Below, in pieces: positions 25,901 to 39,243 of a stretch of 64,000 nt of DNA; the stretch's first letter is position 1, and each line of letters opens with the position of its first letter. The stretch comes from Octopus bimaculoides (Eukaryota): contig NC_068981.1 in assembly GCF_001194135.2 (NCBI RefSeq), forward strand, positions 53,547,355-53,611,354. The letters run 5' to 3'. The translations under genes were made by a program, and so were the position numbers. The notes below the pieces were generated by a model. The model ran no database searches. It worked only from the letters and a program-made list of their open reading frames with translations, and was not told where the DNA came from.

Positions 25901-27977
25901 GCAGGTGCTGTTAAATAAATGGTACGCTCTTTGTGAGAACGGGCCCCAGTTTCGATTTTCAGTTGATGGAAGACCCTATCATTTCCTGATAAAATCCCTT
26001 TCTACTGTTGCAATCAAACCTCACTCATTTGTGGGCCACTTCACTTCTGAGCTAAAATCCGTTTGAATAAAATATTCTTAAACATTATGTTACGCCTAAA
26101 TTACGTTTCCATGTTAAATTAGAGATTTAAAGTTACTAAATTGATAATACATTATAAAACCTATAAATCAATTTTGACAATTCAGTATGTCGACAATGTT
26201 AATTCAAAAGTGTTGATATCAGTAAACAGATACCTGTTCTAGGTAAACTACACCTGCACTTAATTTTTATTTTGGAAACATATCTAATATTTGTAATGTG
26301 TCTAGGAATTAATATAGACATTTAGTCATAAATCTCTGACTGATGATGTCATGGCATCTAAATAACAAACTCCCTAAGTATATCATCTACTTCAGCTTAA
26401 AACAACACAGATTTCAGTACATTTTCTTGTTGTAAAACATGATTTATATCAGTCACACATAATTAAATATTAAATAGATATTAAAATTATATATTAGATA
26501 ACCGATATATATCTTTAAAAAGGTCAAGGATGAGGCTAGTACAGTCGTTGAATTCCTACAGCCAAGAAAGTGACGTCGAAATTGTAGTAAACAACAAATT
26601 CTTCCAAACGGGTTTTCTTTTATGAAAAGCGTCTAATTATCGATTGATGACATCTCATTTATGCATTTATTCCCCACCCCACCTACCCCAACTTTTATTG
26701 TAGAAATTATCAAACCAACAACAGATTATACATTTGGAAAGTGATGTCCAGCACGAATTTTTTGTCACACTAAGACAAAACATGATCAGAGAAAATAAAC
26801 CCAAAGAAATTTTTTTAATCATTTGATTTTAAAAAAATGTAATGGACTGCTTTAATTTTTAGAAGTCATGGGTAGGGGGTTATTCTTCAAACGAATCTGA
26901 ATTTAACTTTGATATTGCTATTTTCTGAAACAGCGTGAAACAGTGTTCACATGCACACGTTGTACGCAAAAAGCCGCTAAATTGAAATATCGATATATTA
27001 CAATGAATGCCATTTACGTATATATTGATGTTTGTTTTTATGTTAAGTTATATATAAAACAATTTATCCTTAAACTAAAGGAGTACTCAATACTTTTTAG
27101 TAGAGTATATATTTGTTAATCTTTACAAAGAAAAGATTTGCAATAACTTCGAAATTTCGACTTTTTCTCCTCACATTTCAAATACACAGTGCTCCATAGC
27201 ACATTTCATCATATCTACGTGTCACTTTTAAACCATCGGAAAATTCCGAGGTTAAAATCATTAAAGCATTGGGTTGATTTAAATAGCAAATAGGAATTTA
27301 TAGCTTGACATTTTATTTCACAAAATGAACTAATGCTTAGTGACTCATCAATACTGATGTTCCTGTCAATCTCAGATGTTATACCTTGCATTAAACAATT
27401 TGACTAAGTCTTAAAGTAAAAGGTAACTTCGAAACGTTACAATTATTTTATTTATATAGTGATTTCTCTCTCATTAAACGGGTATATTATTATGCAAAGA
27501 AAAGTGCAGTATATTATATTTAAATGATTTGGATTTTCTGAGAAATATCAAACTTTGATACTGCGAATCCTGTTACTTTTGTTGATCTTCAAACACTTGG
27601 CTTTGCCAATGTTTTCAGCGAAATCAAAGTAAAAACTTGTATAGTTTCAATGCGGGAAGCACATCAAAATAGCACCTGCAAGGAATTTGATGTGAGGCTA
27701 CACGTTCTTGGCAGTGGGTAGATACGACATAATGTAAGGACGTTAAAAAAATTTTTTACTGAAAAATCTCAATTTGTCTTTAAATGTCTTGAATTATATT
27801 TGTTATTGAATTAGTCATTTATTATATCAAATCCTATGATATCTAGTTCTCATTTCTGAGAACGACTGTCATTCATGGTGTGTTGATTTTATGTGTGAAT
27901 ATACATACATGCATGCATACATACACACACACATATACACATACATACATACATATACACATACATACATACATACA

Positions 27978-28008
<31 letters not shown>

Positions 28009-30783
28009 GTGTATGTATGTGCTAAACTTCATCAAAAGACTGTCATTTAATACACTATAAGTCTTGAGATTCCTCTGGAATATATTTATGATTGTCTTTT
28101 CAATCAAACCAGACAGTAGATTCATTTTCTGTCCTAAATTTTCTGCTGGGATTCCTAAAGCAGTTTATAATTAACCGCCTTCATACAATAGGTCAATTCC
28201 TATAACTAGCATCGGACTGGCAAATAGAAAAAAAAAAGAAGAAAAAAACAAGATTAAAAACTTAAGTCCTCCTCCGAAATTTCAGATGGAAGTAATTTTT
28301 CCCTATAATTAGCGGCATCAAAATCAAATTTATCTGCATTTGTTATTTCTTAACTCCAGGTCAGCTCTAATCCAGCAGATCTGTAATCAACGGAATTCCA
28401 GTTGTGTCACCCTGACCGTTGTTTTCGTGCATAGAGTACCCTGAACTATACTACCCAATGTGTCCTTTTAAAACACTGTTGGGTGTGAGTTGAGAAATAT
28501 TTAGTTACTATTTCTAGCACTTATAGTGACCACATAGAAGAGCCATCATTGGCACGTAAATTGCAATGTTGAGTTGATCTATACATGCTTATAAAATTAA
28601 TTACTATAGAATGTGGGATAAATCTAGGCAGAAGAATTATCTAATACTGTAGCGAGAGACAAGCACCGAAAAGGAAATAATATAGTATTTATTTAAAATA
28701 TTGGTACAAGGCCAATATGTTTGAGGGGTGGTTAAGTCGAATACATCGATCCCAGTCCTTATTTTATCGACTCCGAAAGATTGTAAAGCTAAGTCGACCT
28801 CAGTGAAATTTAAATTCAAAGCTTTATGGTTACAGCTTTGAAAATTTGTGCAGCAAGAAGTCCAGTTAAATATTTGGAAGTTGAACTCTTGTTTATGGTT
28901 CGTCGGTTTTCGGTGTATTTACTTTTTTTTTTCTTGCATGGAATCTTTTTTATGTGGAGTTGGCCAATCAAAACTGATTATCAGCCAGCCTTGTCTGTGC
29001 ATCATAGATCAACTGTATCTTGTTCAGACACCGGATAATCAGCAACCACAAAGGCTAGAGGAAACTAGTTGTTTCCAGAAAATCCCTTCTCTTTAAAACA
29101 GTGGTTCTCAACCTTTTTAATATCCTGACCAGATCCAAGACCTGAGTATTTTTAGGGGCCGCACCAAAAAAAAAAAAAAAAGAGTAAAGCACAAATCAAT
29201 TAAAGAAACATTTATTACGTTTATAAGAGAAGACTACCGGGTGGGGCGCGCCGAAAAGTTGCTTGAGAGCTGCATGCGACCCTGGGAGCCACGGTTGAGA
29301 AACACTGCTCAAGTCATTATAGCTATTTTTGCAATGCTTAGTATGAGGGGTTTCCAGGCAACGCTTCAACACTGGGAACGATCAGTAATCTGTATCTCGA
29401 CTGCAACAAGTTTTGAAATCATCACTACTAGCTAGAATGTTTACGCAGGCACCCACTTGCGAAAAATAGATATCAACAAGTATCTAAACTTACTTTGCAC
29501 ACAAATAAGTAATTTTTCTATCCAGTACTGAAACTTTGCCACAAAGACACATGCACTTTTACATAATTCTAACAATTTAACCCAAACATTCTTACTCACA
29601 ACAAATATTACATATATACCACAGACATAAACACCCCTAAAACTCAAGTTTTAGGGGGTGGTGAAGTAACATGACATACTAAATTTTACCTATAATAGTA
29701 ATTATATTCTACATGATAAAACTAGTAATTGTTATCAAAATAAAATGAGGTCTCCTCAAGCGCAGGGAAGTCATTAACTTGCAATATATAAAGTAAATCT
29801 ACAACTTTTGTCTTCATTAATTTTCTATCGTTTCACTCTTAAAAGCTTTTACAACTTGTCTATCATTCATATTAAGTTAGTTTAGTCGTGATACCTCACT
29901 CGCCACTTAGGTGAGCGCTATGCATACCAACTATTTAAAAGGGGCTGCTACAAAAAAAAATGGGTAAGAACCATTGCTATAGACTTTTATTTGCCAGAAG
30001 TACATTTTATCTGTTCATTTTTCATTAACATTTGCTCTGAATAATCTCTCTGGCTTGGTAGTGACCCAGTAGAATTTTTGTAATCATGAACAAAACAAAT
30101 ACCTTGGGAAGTAATTAAAAGTGTGTTAAAAATGTTGAAGGAAGCTAAAGTTTTATGGTTCAAAACTTGGATAGATTTCTAGTAACATATATTATTTAAA
30201 AAATTGTAATTATTTCTACTTTGAATTACAGTTAATGAGCAAGACACTATTTTTCACGTTGCTCCAGTTCACTTGGCTAAAGAAATGTATCGCGATGTCA
30301 CTAGTGTCAAGCTGTATCGGCCTTTGCCTTTCCCTTGGATAACATCGGTGGTGTAGAGAGGAGAGACCGGTACGCATAGGCGACTGCTGGTCTTCCATAA
30401 AAAAACCTTGCCCGGACTTGTGCCTAGGAGGGTAACTTTCTAGGTGCAATCCTATGGTCATTAACAAGGACACCTAAGGCAGAGATCGCAAATCTAAATA
30501 GTTTGGAGTATCATTTCTTTTAGTTCCATGTTCAAATTCTACCGGAGTGGACGGTACCTTTCATCCTTCCGAAAGCGATAAAATGAACTCCAGCAATCTA
30601 TTGTGGATCGATGTGATCAACAGTTATCAACTCTCCGTATACATTCAGGAAATCTGCCATACAGCTGACAAATCTATCGTTTCATCTGGCTTCCAGAACG
30701 GTTTATTATTGAAACAATTAGAAGTAAAACCTAGTATACTATTGCATTCTCACGCGCTAACACACACGCACACATACACACAC

Positions 30784-30819
<36 letters not shown>

Positions 30820-31155
30820 ACACACACCGACAGTGAGATTAAATGTGTTTTTCTTTTGCTTTTGTTGTCTTTAGAAGATCTTCCATTAGTTTCATGAAAA
30901 TTTTCTTTTAATTTTTAGGGACAGTATTATATTTTCCATAACCAACAGTGGAACAAGTTTGTTAGCAGGTTTTATAACTTTCCCAGTCTTGGGCTATATG
31001 GCTAACAAAATGAATAAGACAATAGATGATGTCGCTGAATCCGGTATGATACTCTTCTTATCTCTTTCAATTATTATTATTTTTCCTTCGTAGCACAGTG
31101 TAGGTAAAAATGCACCGGAGTCTTTAGTCAAGTCACAACAAGGACCTCAAACAGA

Positions 31156-31200
<45 letters not shown>

Positions 31201-31267
31201 TACTATTACTAATATTATTATTATTATTATTATTACTATTATTATTACTATTACTATTACTATTACT

Positions 31268-31325
<58 letters not shown>

Positions 31326-31440
31326 NNNNNNNNNNNNNNNNNNNNNNNNNNNNNNNNNNNNNNNNNNNNNNNNNNNNNNNNNNNNNNNNNNNNNNNNNNN
31401 NNNNNNNNNNNNNNNNNNNNNNNNNNNNNNNNNNNNNNNN

Positions 31441-31473
<33 letters not shown>

Positions 31474-34400
31474 GTTGTTGTTGTTGTTGTGGCGGGCTGG
31501 CAGAATCGTTAGTACGCCGGGAGAAATGCTAAGCAATACTTCGTCTGCCGCTACGTTCTGAGTTCAAATTCCGCCGAAGTCGACTTTGCATTTCATCCTC
31601 TCGGGGCCGATTAAATAAGTACCGGTTACGCACTGGGGTCGATGTAATCGACTTAATTCCTTCGCCCAAATTTAAAGTCTTGTGCTTCCAGTAGAAAGAA
31701 TTATTATTATTATTATTATTGTTGTTATTACTACTATTGTTGTTGTTGTTGTTGTTGCTGTTTAAAAGGCGGCGAGCTGGTGGAATCGTTGGCACGTCGG
31801 GCAAAATGAATAGCGGCATTTCGTCCGTCTTTATTTTCTGAGTTCAAATTCCTCTGAGGCCGACTTTACCTTTCATCATTTCGGGGTGGATAAATTAAAT
31901 ACCAATGAAACGCTGGGGTCGATGTGCCTTTAATAGAAAGGATTATTATTGTTATTATTATTGTTATCGAGAGAGAGAGAGAGAGAGAGAGAGAGCAATT
32001 CATGCCATCAAAGTGACACTGGGGTGAAATATACGAAACAGTATACCCATCATGACTACCCGTTTGATAAGGTTTATGTGTTGTTTATCTTATATGAGAT
32101 CACAATATCGCGCGCATATGGTTGTGATGCATTTCCTGGTGTACCCTTATCAGACGGGTAGTCATGATGGGTATACCGGGCTTCGTATATTTGCAACCCA
32201 AACTAATCATTCCATATACTAAATTTAACAACAATACTATTCCATAATTCCTTGTGATTCAAAAGAAGTCATAGACACCAGTCTTCATGTTGATGCCAAC
32301 ACAAGGAAATTCCGTCAGCGCAGATAATGCCATCACATCTATGTGTATTCTTTTTCTCGTGCTTCTACCAGTATGAAAAGGAACGTATCATCTTTTAACC
32401 CATGCATGTTCCTTCTTCTATCTAAGTAATCTTCCTTCTCTCACCTGTGTAATATACCCAGCCATCTATTTTCCTCTGTGTCGATTCATTCTTCTGTCAC
32501 CTCAGTATAGCGGCATTTCGTCCGTCTTTATTTTCTGAGTTCAAATTCCGCTGAGGCCGACTTTACCTTTCATCATTTCGGGGTGGATAAATTAAATACC
32601 AATGAAACGCTGGGGTCGATGTGCCTTTAATAGAAAGGATTATTATTGTTATTATTATTGTTATCGAGAGAGAGAGAGAGAGAGAGAGAGAGCACTGTAG
32701 TCACTGTCTATCTCCCTTACGTCAACTTAGTCACTTTTCTAGTCATTTATCTTCCTTCTTTCACCTAAGTCATCTATAGTCATCTATCTTCCGTTACTTA
32801 AAACGTAAATGGATCCTCCGCTCGTTTCGACGATGAGTTTTTCAATTGTTTGTTCAATTGGGCTACCTACTTATTGAACAATAGAGTAAATGGTTTGGTA
32901 TGTCACAGATACTATAACTCTTAATGTAATTCTGAAGTAGAATTCATATGACACAGCATGTGACAAAGCTGAACCTTTACACTGCCGATACAGTTCACTC
33001 AACACTTGTCCTTGTTTCTGTTAGCCCAGTTTTACTCACAAGGCTTGGGTCAACCCAAAATCCACAGAGAGATCAACTCGGTAATGACTATCTCTTTGTT
33101 CAAACATTTCCCTTCTGTCACCTAAATCATCTATCTGACTTCTTTCTACTAGCGGTTTGTTGTTTTCAATTGTAAAGCTTACAATCATGCAAGCCAAAGT
33201 TAGAGATTGTTCTTTTTAGGACTGAAACTTCTTCCATGTAGATATAGATGATGAAGCTGTGAGGATAATGCAGAAAAGGCAATGACTGATAAATGTCGGC
33301 AATAACGTTGCTGACAAGGATGACTATCAATGATGATGATTAAAACAAAATACAATAAAATTCCTGCTCTCAACATTACTAAGATTTCGAATTTTCAGTC
33401 GAATTAAGAAATTTTCCTTAGGTCATTCAAAATATGTGCAACCCAGATTTTAGCACCATTTTTCTAGCAGCAGCATCGACCTTAATCTAATCTGTTCTAC
33501 AATCTTTAAAAAGCTGTCTCGTCCACCTGATAAATATATCACGATATTTCATATTTTAACCAGGTCCCGGTATGGCATTTATTGCTTACCCTCAAGCCGT
33601 AGCTACCATGCCAGGAGCTCCGTTTTGGTCCATCCTCTTTTTCCTCATGTTGATTTTACTCGGAATGGACAGTCAGGTAAAATTTTATCTTCTTTTAACT
33701 AAAGTACAATCCATAATTTGCTAAAAAGTTTTCTGGCACAGAAGTATAATTTATTTATTTTAATGTCTATCTTATATAATGTATTTTGATAGCAATGAGT
33801 CAATCACTTGTTCAATGCATTTTCAACGGCAAGCGTGACAAGGGCACAAGACACCTTTAAACCTTTTCAGTCTAACTAGTAGAAATTTAGACACTAAATT
33901 AAATTATCACAGGTAAACTAATGGCATTCAATTACAAGATGATATTTGCTTTTGATATTCAACATGAATCGCTAAGATTCATGTTGGCGACGTTCTGTAC
34001 ATAGTGCAAATTAGTTCAACCGTGTAAAGTTGGTATGTCTGTTTTGATGTGTATTTCTAACTGTGCATGTGAGAAAGAGAAAGACAGTGAGAGAGAAGGG
34101 GAGGAGAAAAGTGTGATTATATATGCACACATACACATGCCTGCTGGTACTGTTGCTTTTTGTTGCGTGGGTCCAGATCAGCTGTGATCTAGGAGATCTA
34201 CGCCACGCAAATAATTGGCTGATCAATTAGGCGCGATTTAATAAATGTATACTATGCATCCTCTTTATGAGAGCCATAATGTACACTCCGTTACGAAGTG
34301 CTTTATCAAATGAGACACAATTCTGCATGCGGGACATGTGCTCTTCCAACTATCAAGTTTATATCTGTATTCCTGCAGATTCTGGTGGCGAGCACATCGG

Positions 34401-37400
34401 AGGTGGCTGATATGAACTCGTTTCAAATGCAAAGGTTGCTCTAAATGTATTTGTTAATAGTTCAACATGGTGGACTAGCATGAGGTGTGTTGTGTGTGCA
34501 GACCACGTAGAGTGTCCACTTTATATACCTGTGTTTGCTGTAGTCGAAGTACGCTGCTGATTCTATGCATCCCAGTACAGTGTTTGTAGCTAATGAGACG
34601 ATGGCGCCGTAATTTTTGTTTGCATGTGTTATTTATTTGTCTGAGTGAGAGATGTAGTCATTCTTCTTGTTAAACTTCATGTCAAGCTTAAGCGAACAGA
34701 CGTATGACCAAATGTATTCCAGCCATGACCATACCGTCTTTATCCTTTACGTATAGAACCTAGGGTCACTTAATCAAAAATGTTCTTTTCTAAGATGGGA
34801 GGGTGTGGATTTTCTAAGATGGAAGGCAGATTTTACCGCTATTTCTAATAAACCGATACATCACGTACAGAATCTCTCTTTAGGAGAGTATATTAATATT
34901 CTGGTATTTTGTAGATTTTGGGGATGTTTAAAGATAATTTCATGTTATGAACAGGGACTGAGAGGTTTGAGAAGGTTTGCTACAGTTAACTGTGCCTCTC
35001 AAATATTTAGATGTCTTTTTTTGTAGGGGGGATTTATTTTTAGTGTTTTTATTTCGTTGAGTAAATAGATTTTCTATGGATGTGATCTGCGTGTCTTGAG
35101 GAGTATGTTATTTGTAGTTTATTGTAGTTATAAGGTGGAGGCCCAATGGCCCAGTGGTTAGGGAAGCGGTCATAGGATCGCGGTTTCGATTCCCAGACCG
35201 GGCCTTGTGAGTGTTTATTGAGCGAAAACACCTAAAGCTCCACGAGGCTCCGGCAGGGGATGGTGGCGAACCCTGCTGTATTCTTCCACCACAACTTTCT
35301 CTCACTCTTACTTCATGTTTCTGTTGTGCCTGTAATTCAGAGGGTCAGCCTTGTCACACTGTGTCACGCTGAATATCCCCGAGAACTACGTTAAGGGTAC
35401 ACTTGTCTGTGGAGTGCTCAACCACTTACACGTTAATTTCACGAGCAGGCTGTTCCGTTGATCGGATCAACTGGAACCCTCGACGTCGTAAGCGACGGAG
35501 TGCCAACAAAAGTAGTCATAAGGTTGAGATAGATCTAATACAATCTATGATGGATCTAGTGCATTGTCTGTTATTGTTTTGTTTTTTGTTTTTTAGCTAA
35601 ATGTAGTACATGCGGCGTTTTAATTTATTTGCTATATTCCATTTGTGCTATGAATGTTTTAGGTAACCCCCACTATTTTTGTCTTCTGTGTGAGGCATAT
35701 TTTTTGGTTCTCTGGTACTACTGGTAAAAAGAAAGCTGGTGGGCTTGGCTGTTATTTTAAGTTTCTAAGTGATTGGTGCTTCAATTAGTTGTGCAGCTGT
35801 ATTTGTAGAATTGTGGGTAGATGTCAATGTGTGTTATCTGCGTATTAGATTGTGTGTATATTTTGAAGAAGTGTCAAGAGGCCATGTAGGTATAGATTAA
35901 AAAGAGTCGAGCAGAAGGCGGATCCTTGGTGGACTCCATTTGGGAAATTTCAAATTCAGAATGTGTTGTTTTGGTTTTATGACTTGAGAGATAGCCAATT
36001 CAAAGGAAGAATAAATTATTAGCAACAGAAGCAGTATGAATACTAGAAGATAATCTTTATCTCTAATTTAACGTGGCAGCTGAACACAGATTACAGTGTT
36101 ATTTATCTTGAAAGGACCTCTAAATGAGGGTGATTTTATGCACCATGAGTCAATATGAGAGGTCCTTTCAAGGTAAATAATCCGGTATTCTGTATTCTAA
36201 CACAACTTTTACGTTAAGTTGAAAAATAGATTGTTTTGATGTAAGGACGATGAAAAGTGTAACGTTTCAAGCAGAATCCTTTGTCCAAGAAAAGTGTTTT
36301 CTTACGGTTCCCGAGAGATAGTTCCTCGCTTGCATTTCGTGTTGTTTCTTAAAATATTAAATATTTTGTGTATAAGAGGCGGATAGAGACGAAAGTTTTA
36401 TGGATGTTAGTGGTAGTTAGAAAGATGCATATGGAGATGAAGTCGTCATGTATCTCCTTTGTAAAGTTTCTGAATGGTGCGTTGGTTGACTGTAGGGTAC
36501 TTGTAGGGATTTAGAATTTTAACCAACTTCTATATCCTAGGGATTTTATAGCGATGATACAAGTAGTTGTCTGCATCTATTCTTATAAACACTTATTGAA
36601 CGACTGCATAGAGACTTGTACAGCAAGCATTTGTATACATGAGTATGTTTGCTTCTAAATTTAAGTTGTTTATAGTTGCGAAAGAATTTATCAAAAGAAT
36701 TTCATTACTAAGTGTAATAAAACTCAATACTGTTTATTTCAAAATATGAAAAGCGGACGATGATGGACAGTGTGATAATCCGGTATAGTTTCCAACAAAT
36801 ATTATTTTTGAAAATAGTAAATAAATTTCGTAGCAGTATAAAAAGTTTTATTTTTGTCGATGCAGAACACCACTAGTTTCCTTTGATTCTGTTTTTATTT
36901 ACTGAAAATAGGTCAACATGGAAGGTACATTTCTTTAAAGACGAGACACTTTTTCATGTTTTAAAACAAAACACTAAAATATTGGTTTATATGTGTTATA
37001 TAGTTTTTGCTTTTTGTTTTTAGTTCGTTGGAGTTGAAGCTGTGGTAACTCTTATTGTGGACCAGTTTCCCAAACAACTACGTCGAGGCTATCGCAAAGA
37101 AATATTCACTGGTTGTGTGTGCATAGCGTCCTTTTTATTCGGATTGCCGATGTGTATGAATGTAAGTATATTATCAGAAAAAAGATCTTTTGACATTTTT
37201 ATATCAACTTTACTTATTTATCTATTTCTAAAGGAGAAACAAAAAATTCTGGTATTCATTGTTCTGGAATGAACTATTTCAAAATTCAGAAGAGAAAGAA
37301 CTACACACACTGGTAATGAAAACTAGATAGTCAACTTAAATCGCCTGGCGCTGAGCTCAATTCGACTAAGAAAAGAGTATATTTAAAAATAACTAGAAAT

Positions 37401-39202
37401 TTGTAGAGACTGCTTCAGAGATGTTATCAGTTCTTAATATACTGCTTCGTTTCGTTAATTAATGTAACAAATACAACCTTCTGCTTGATTAAACTTTCTT
37501 ATCCGTATACAATATTATATTTAATATTTGCATTATTGTCTGTACAAAACAATATATACACAGTTTGTTTTGGGAAGATATACGCATTAGCTTGTGAAGT
37601 GATACGCAACATGGATAACCTCTGTATCTATCTCCGTGCTTACCATATTAATGAAAAGAAAATCACTATATTGATGTATAATAATGTGCGCAAATAGGTG
37701 TCAACAATTATAATTACTGATGGAAATTACCAAGAGAAGCTAAACACATAAAAGCTAACAGTCAAGTTAGTGAGGAATGTAGCGAGGAAAAAAATCTAAT
37801 TTATAATACTTATGCGATGAGGAGAAAACATTAGCTCAATAATTAATATTATTCACTTCACTCAATCCTTCCTTCCTAAAAGTCTAATTGTCTAGGCTTT
37901 TGAAAAATGATTGAGGGAAGTCCACACCTTCCCAGCAGGTATCAACATGTATGAGGTTCTACGAAGACTATATTTCTTTAAATATCCAAACATTTTCTTA
38001 AATCTCTTTATATAGATTGTGGAATTTTTTGACTTGTTGAGTCTGGGAAAGAGGCATAATCTTTGGAGGCTCTCCGGAGCCGGTGATCCTGATGCTATCA
38101 ATGTTCTTTTTAAATCTGAAGGGAGAATATCCCACTGAACAAAAGTTCTGGAGAGAAAGGACTGGGAATAATTATTAGTGCTAGATCGAGGGTTTGGGTG
38201 CACCAAGAGTGACGAACGATGAGAAGCTGAATAAATTGGGGTGTCTGAGTGGAGGAGGCACGATATCAGCTAGCTCTGATGAACACAAGCCATTGTAGTA
38301 ACGAGAAAACGGACAGAGAAGAAATAGCACGCTTGTAAGCCTGTGGCTGGATCATGTCTGCAAGTGGTTGAAAACAAACTAAAAAAATGGCTTTCTTTGG
38401 ATGCCATCCAAGATGTTTGAGTGCCGAGTAGTAGCAACACTGTTCTAGATGTAAGAGCAATATTCCACTGTGGGCTTCACTTAAGCCTGGTAGAATGTCA
38501 GCAGCTTTTGGAGCCTGAAATACTTTTGGGTCATGAAGTGAATAGCCAGCCTTAGAAATGTCGTCCTAGCTATGCTAAGTTTATGCTTTCACCGGGAGAG
38601 AGCCTCGGTGACAGTAGGACCAAGTTTTTGGAACGACTGTGAAGGTCCTAGCTGAGTGAGGTTCATGTTTAGTGGGGGGCGTGGTGCGATGCTGTTTTCT
38701 TGATATGAATAGTGCTTGAGGGTTTGTTTTTTCTGTTCAAAGAAACCCGCTGAAGGATTCTCTCAATGTCTTTGTGTATGGAATTAATACCGAATTGGCA
38801 TGTAGTGTCTAGGCTGTGTGGATGATGCATGGTTGGGAAAAGTTAGAAAATTGCGAAGAATCACATTAATGCAAGTTTTTACTTTAATTCTATGAAATGC
38901 ATTTAATTGCTACCTGGATTATATACAGAATATACATACACGTGCTGAGCATACACAGATGCACACATATAATGATATGTTCTCTTAAATAAACCTGTCA
39001 TTGATTATATATATATAATATTAGGGATAAAATCCAGAATTACAGGTAAAAACTCAATTAAAATCAATTTATTAAAAATTAAAATTAAATTAAGTTTCAT
39101 CGATGAGTTCATGAACCTTGGTTCTTTTCCCTAAAACTATATATATNNNNNNNNNNNNNNNNNNNNNNNNNNNNNNNNNNNNNNNNNNNNNNNNNNNNNN
39201 NN

Positions 39203-39243
<41 letters not shown>

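Noticed and set aside
27405-27440. Hammerhead-like GAA-ACGT-T
   Set aside because: No recognisable CUGANGA-type core upstream.
34380-34436. Cryptic exon after TTCCTGCAG (ILVASTSE..)
   Set aside because: Donor sites are weak and the peptide would interrupt TM8.
36258-36292. Hammerhead-like motif on the minus strand (TTGGACAA-A-GG..CTT-GAA-ACGT-T)
   Set aside because: Core has an extra G, and stems I and II do not pair properly; at best a dead relic.
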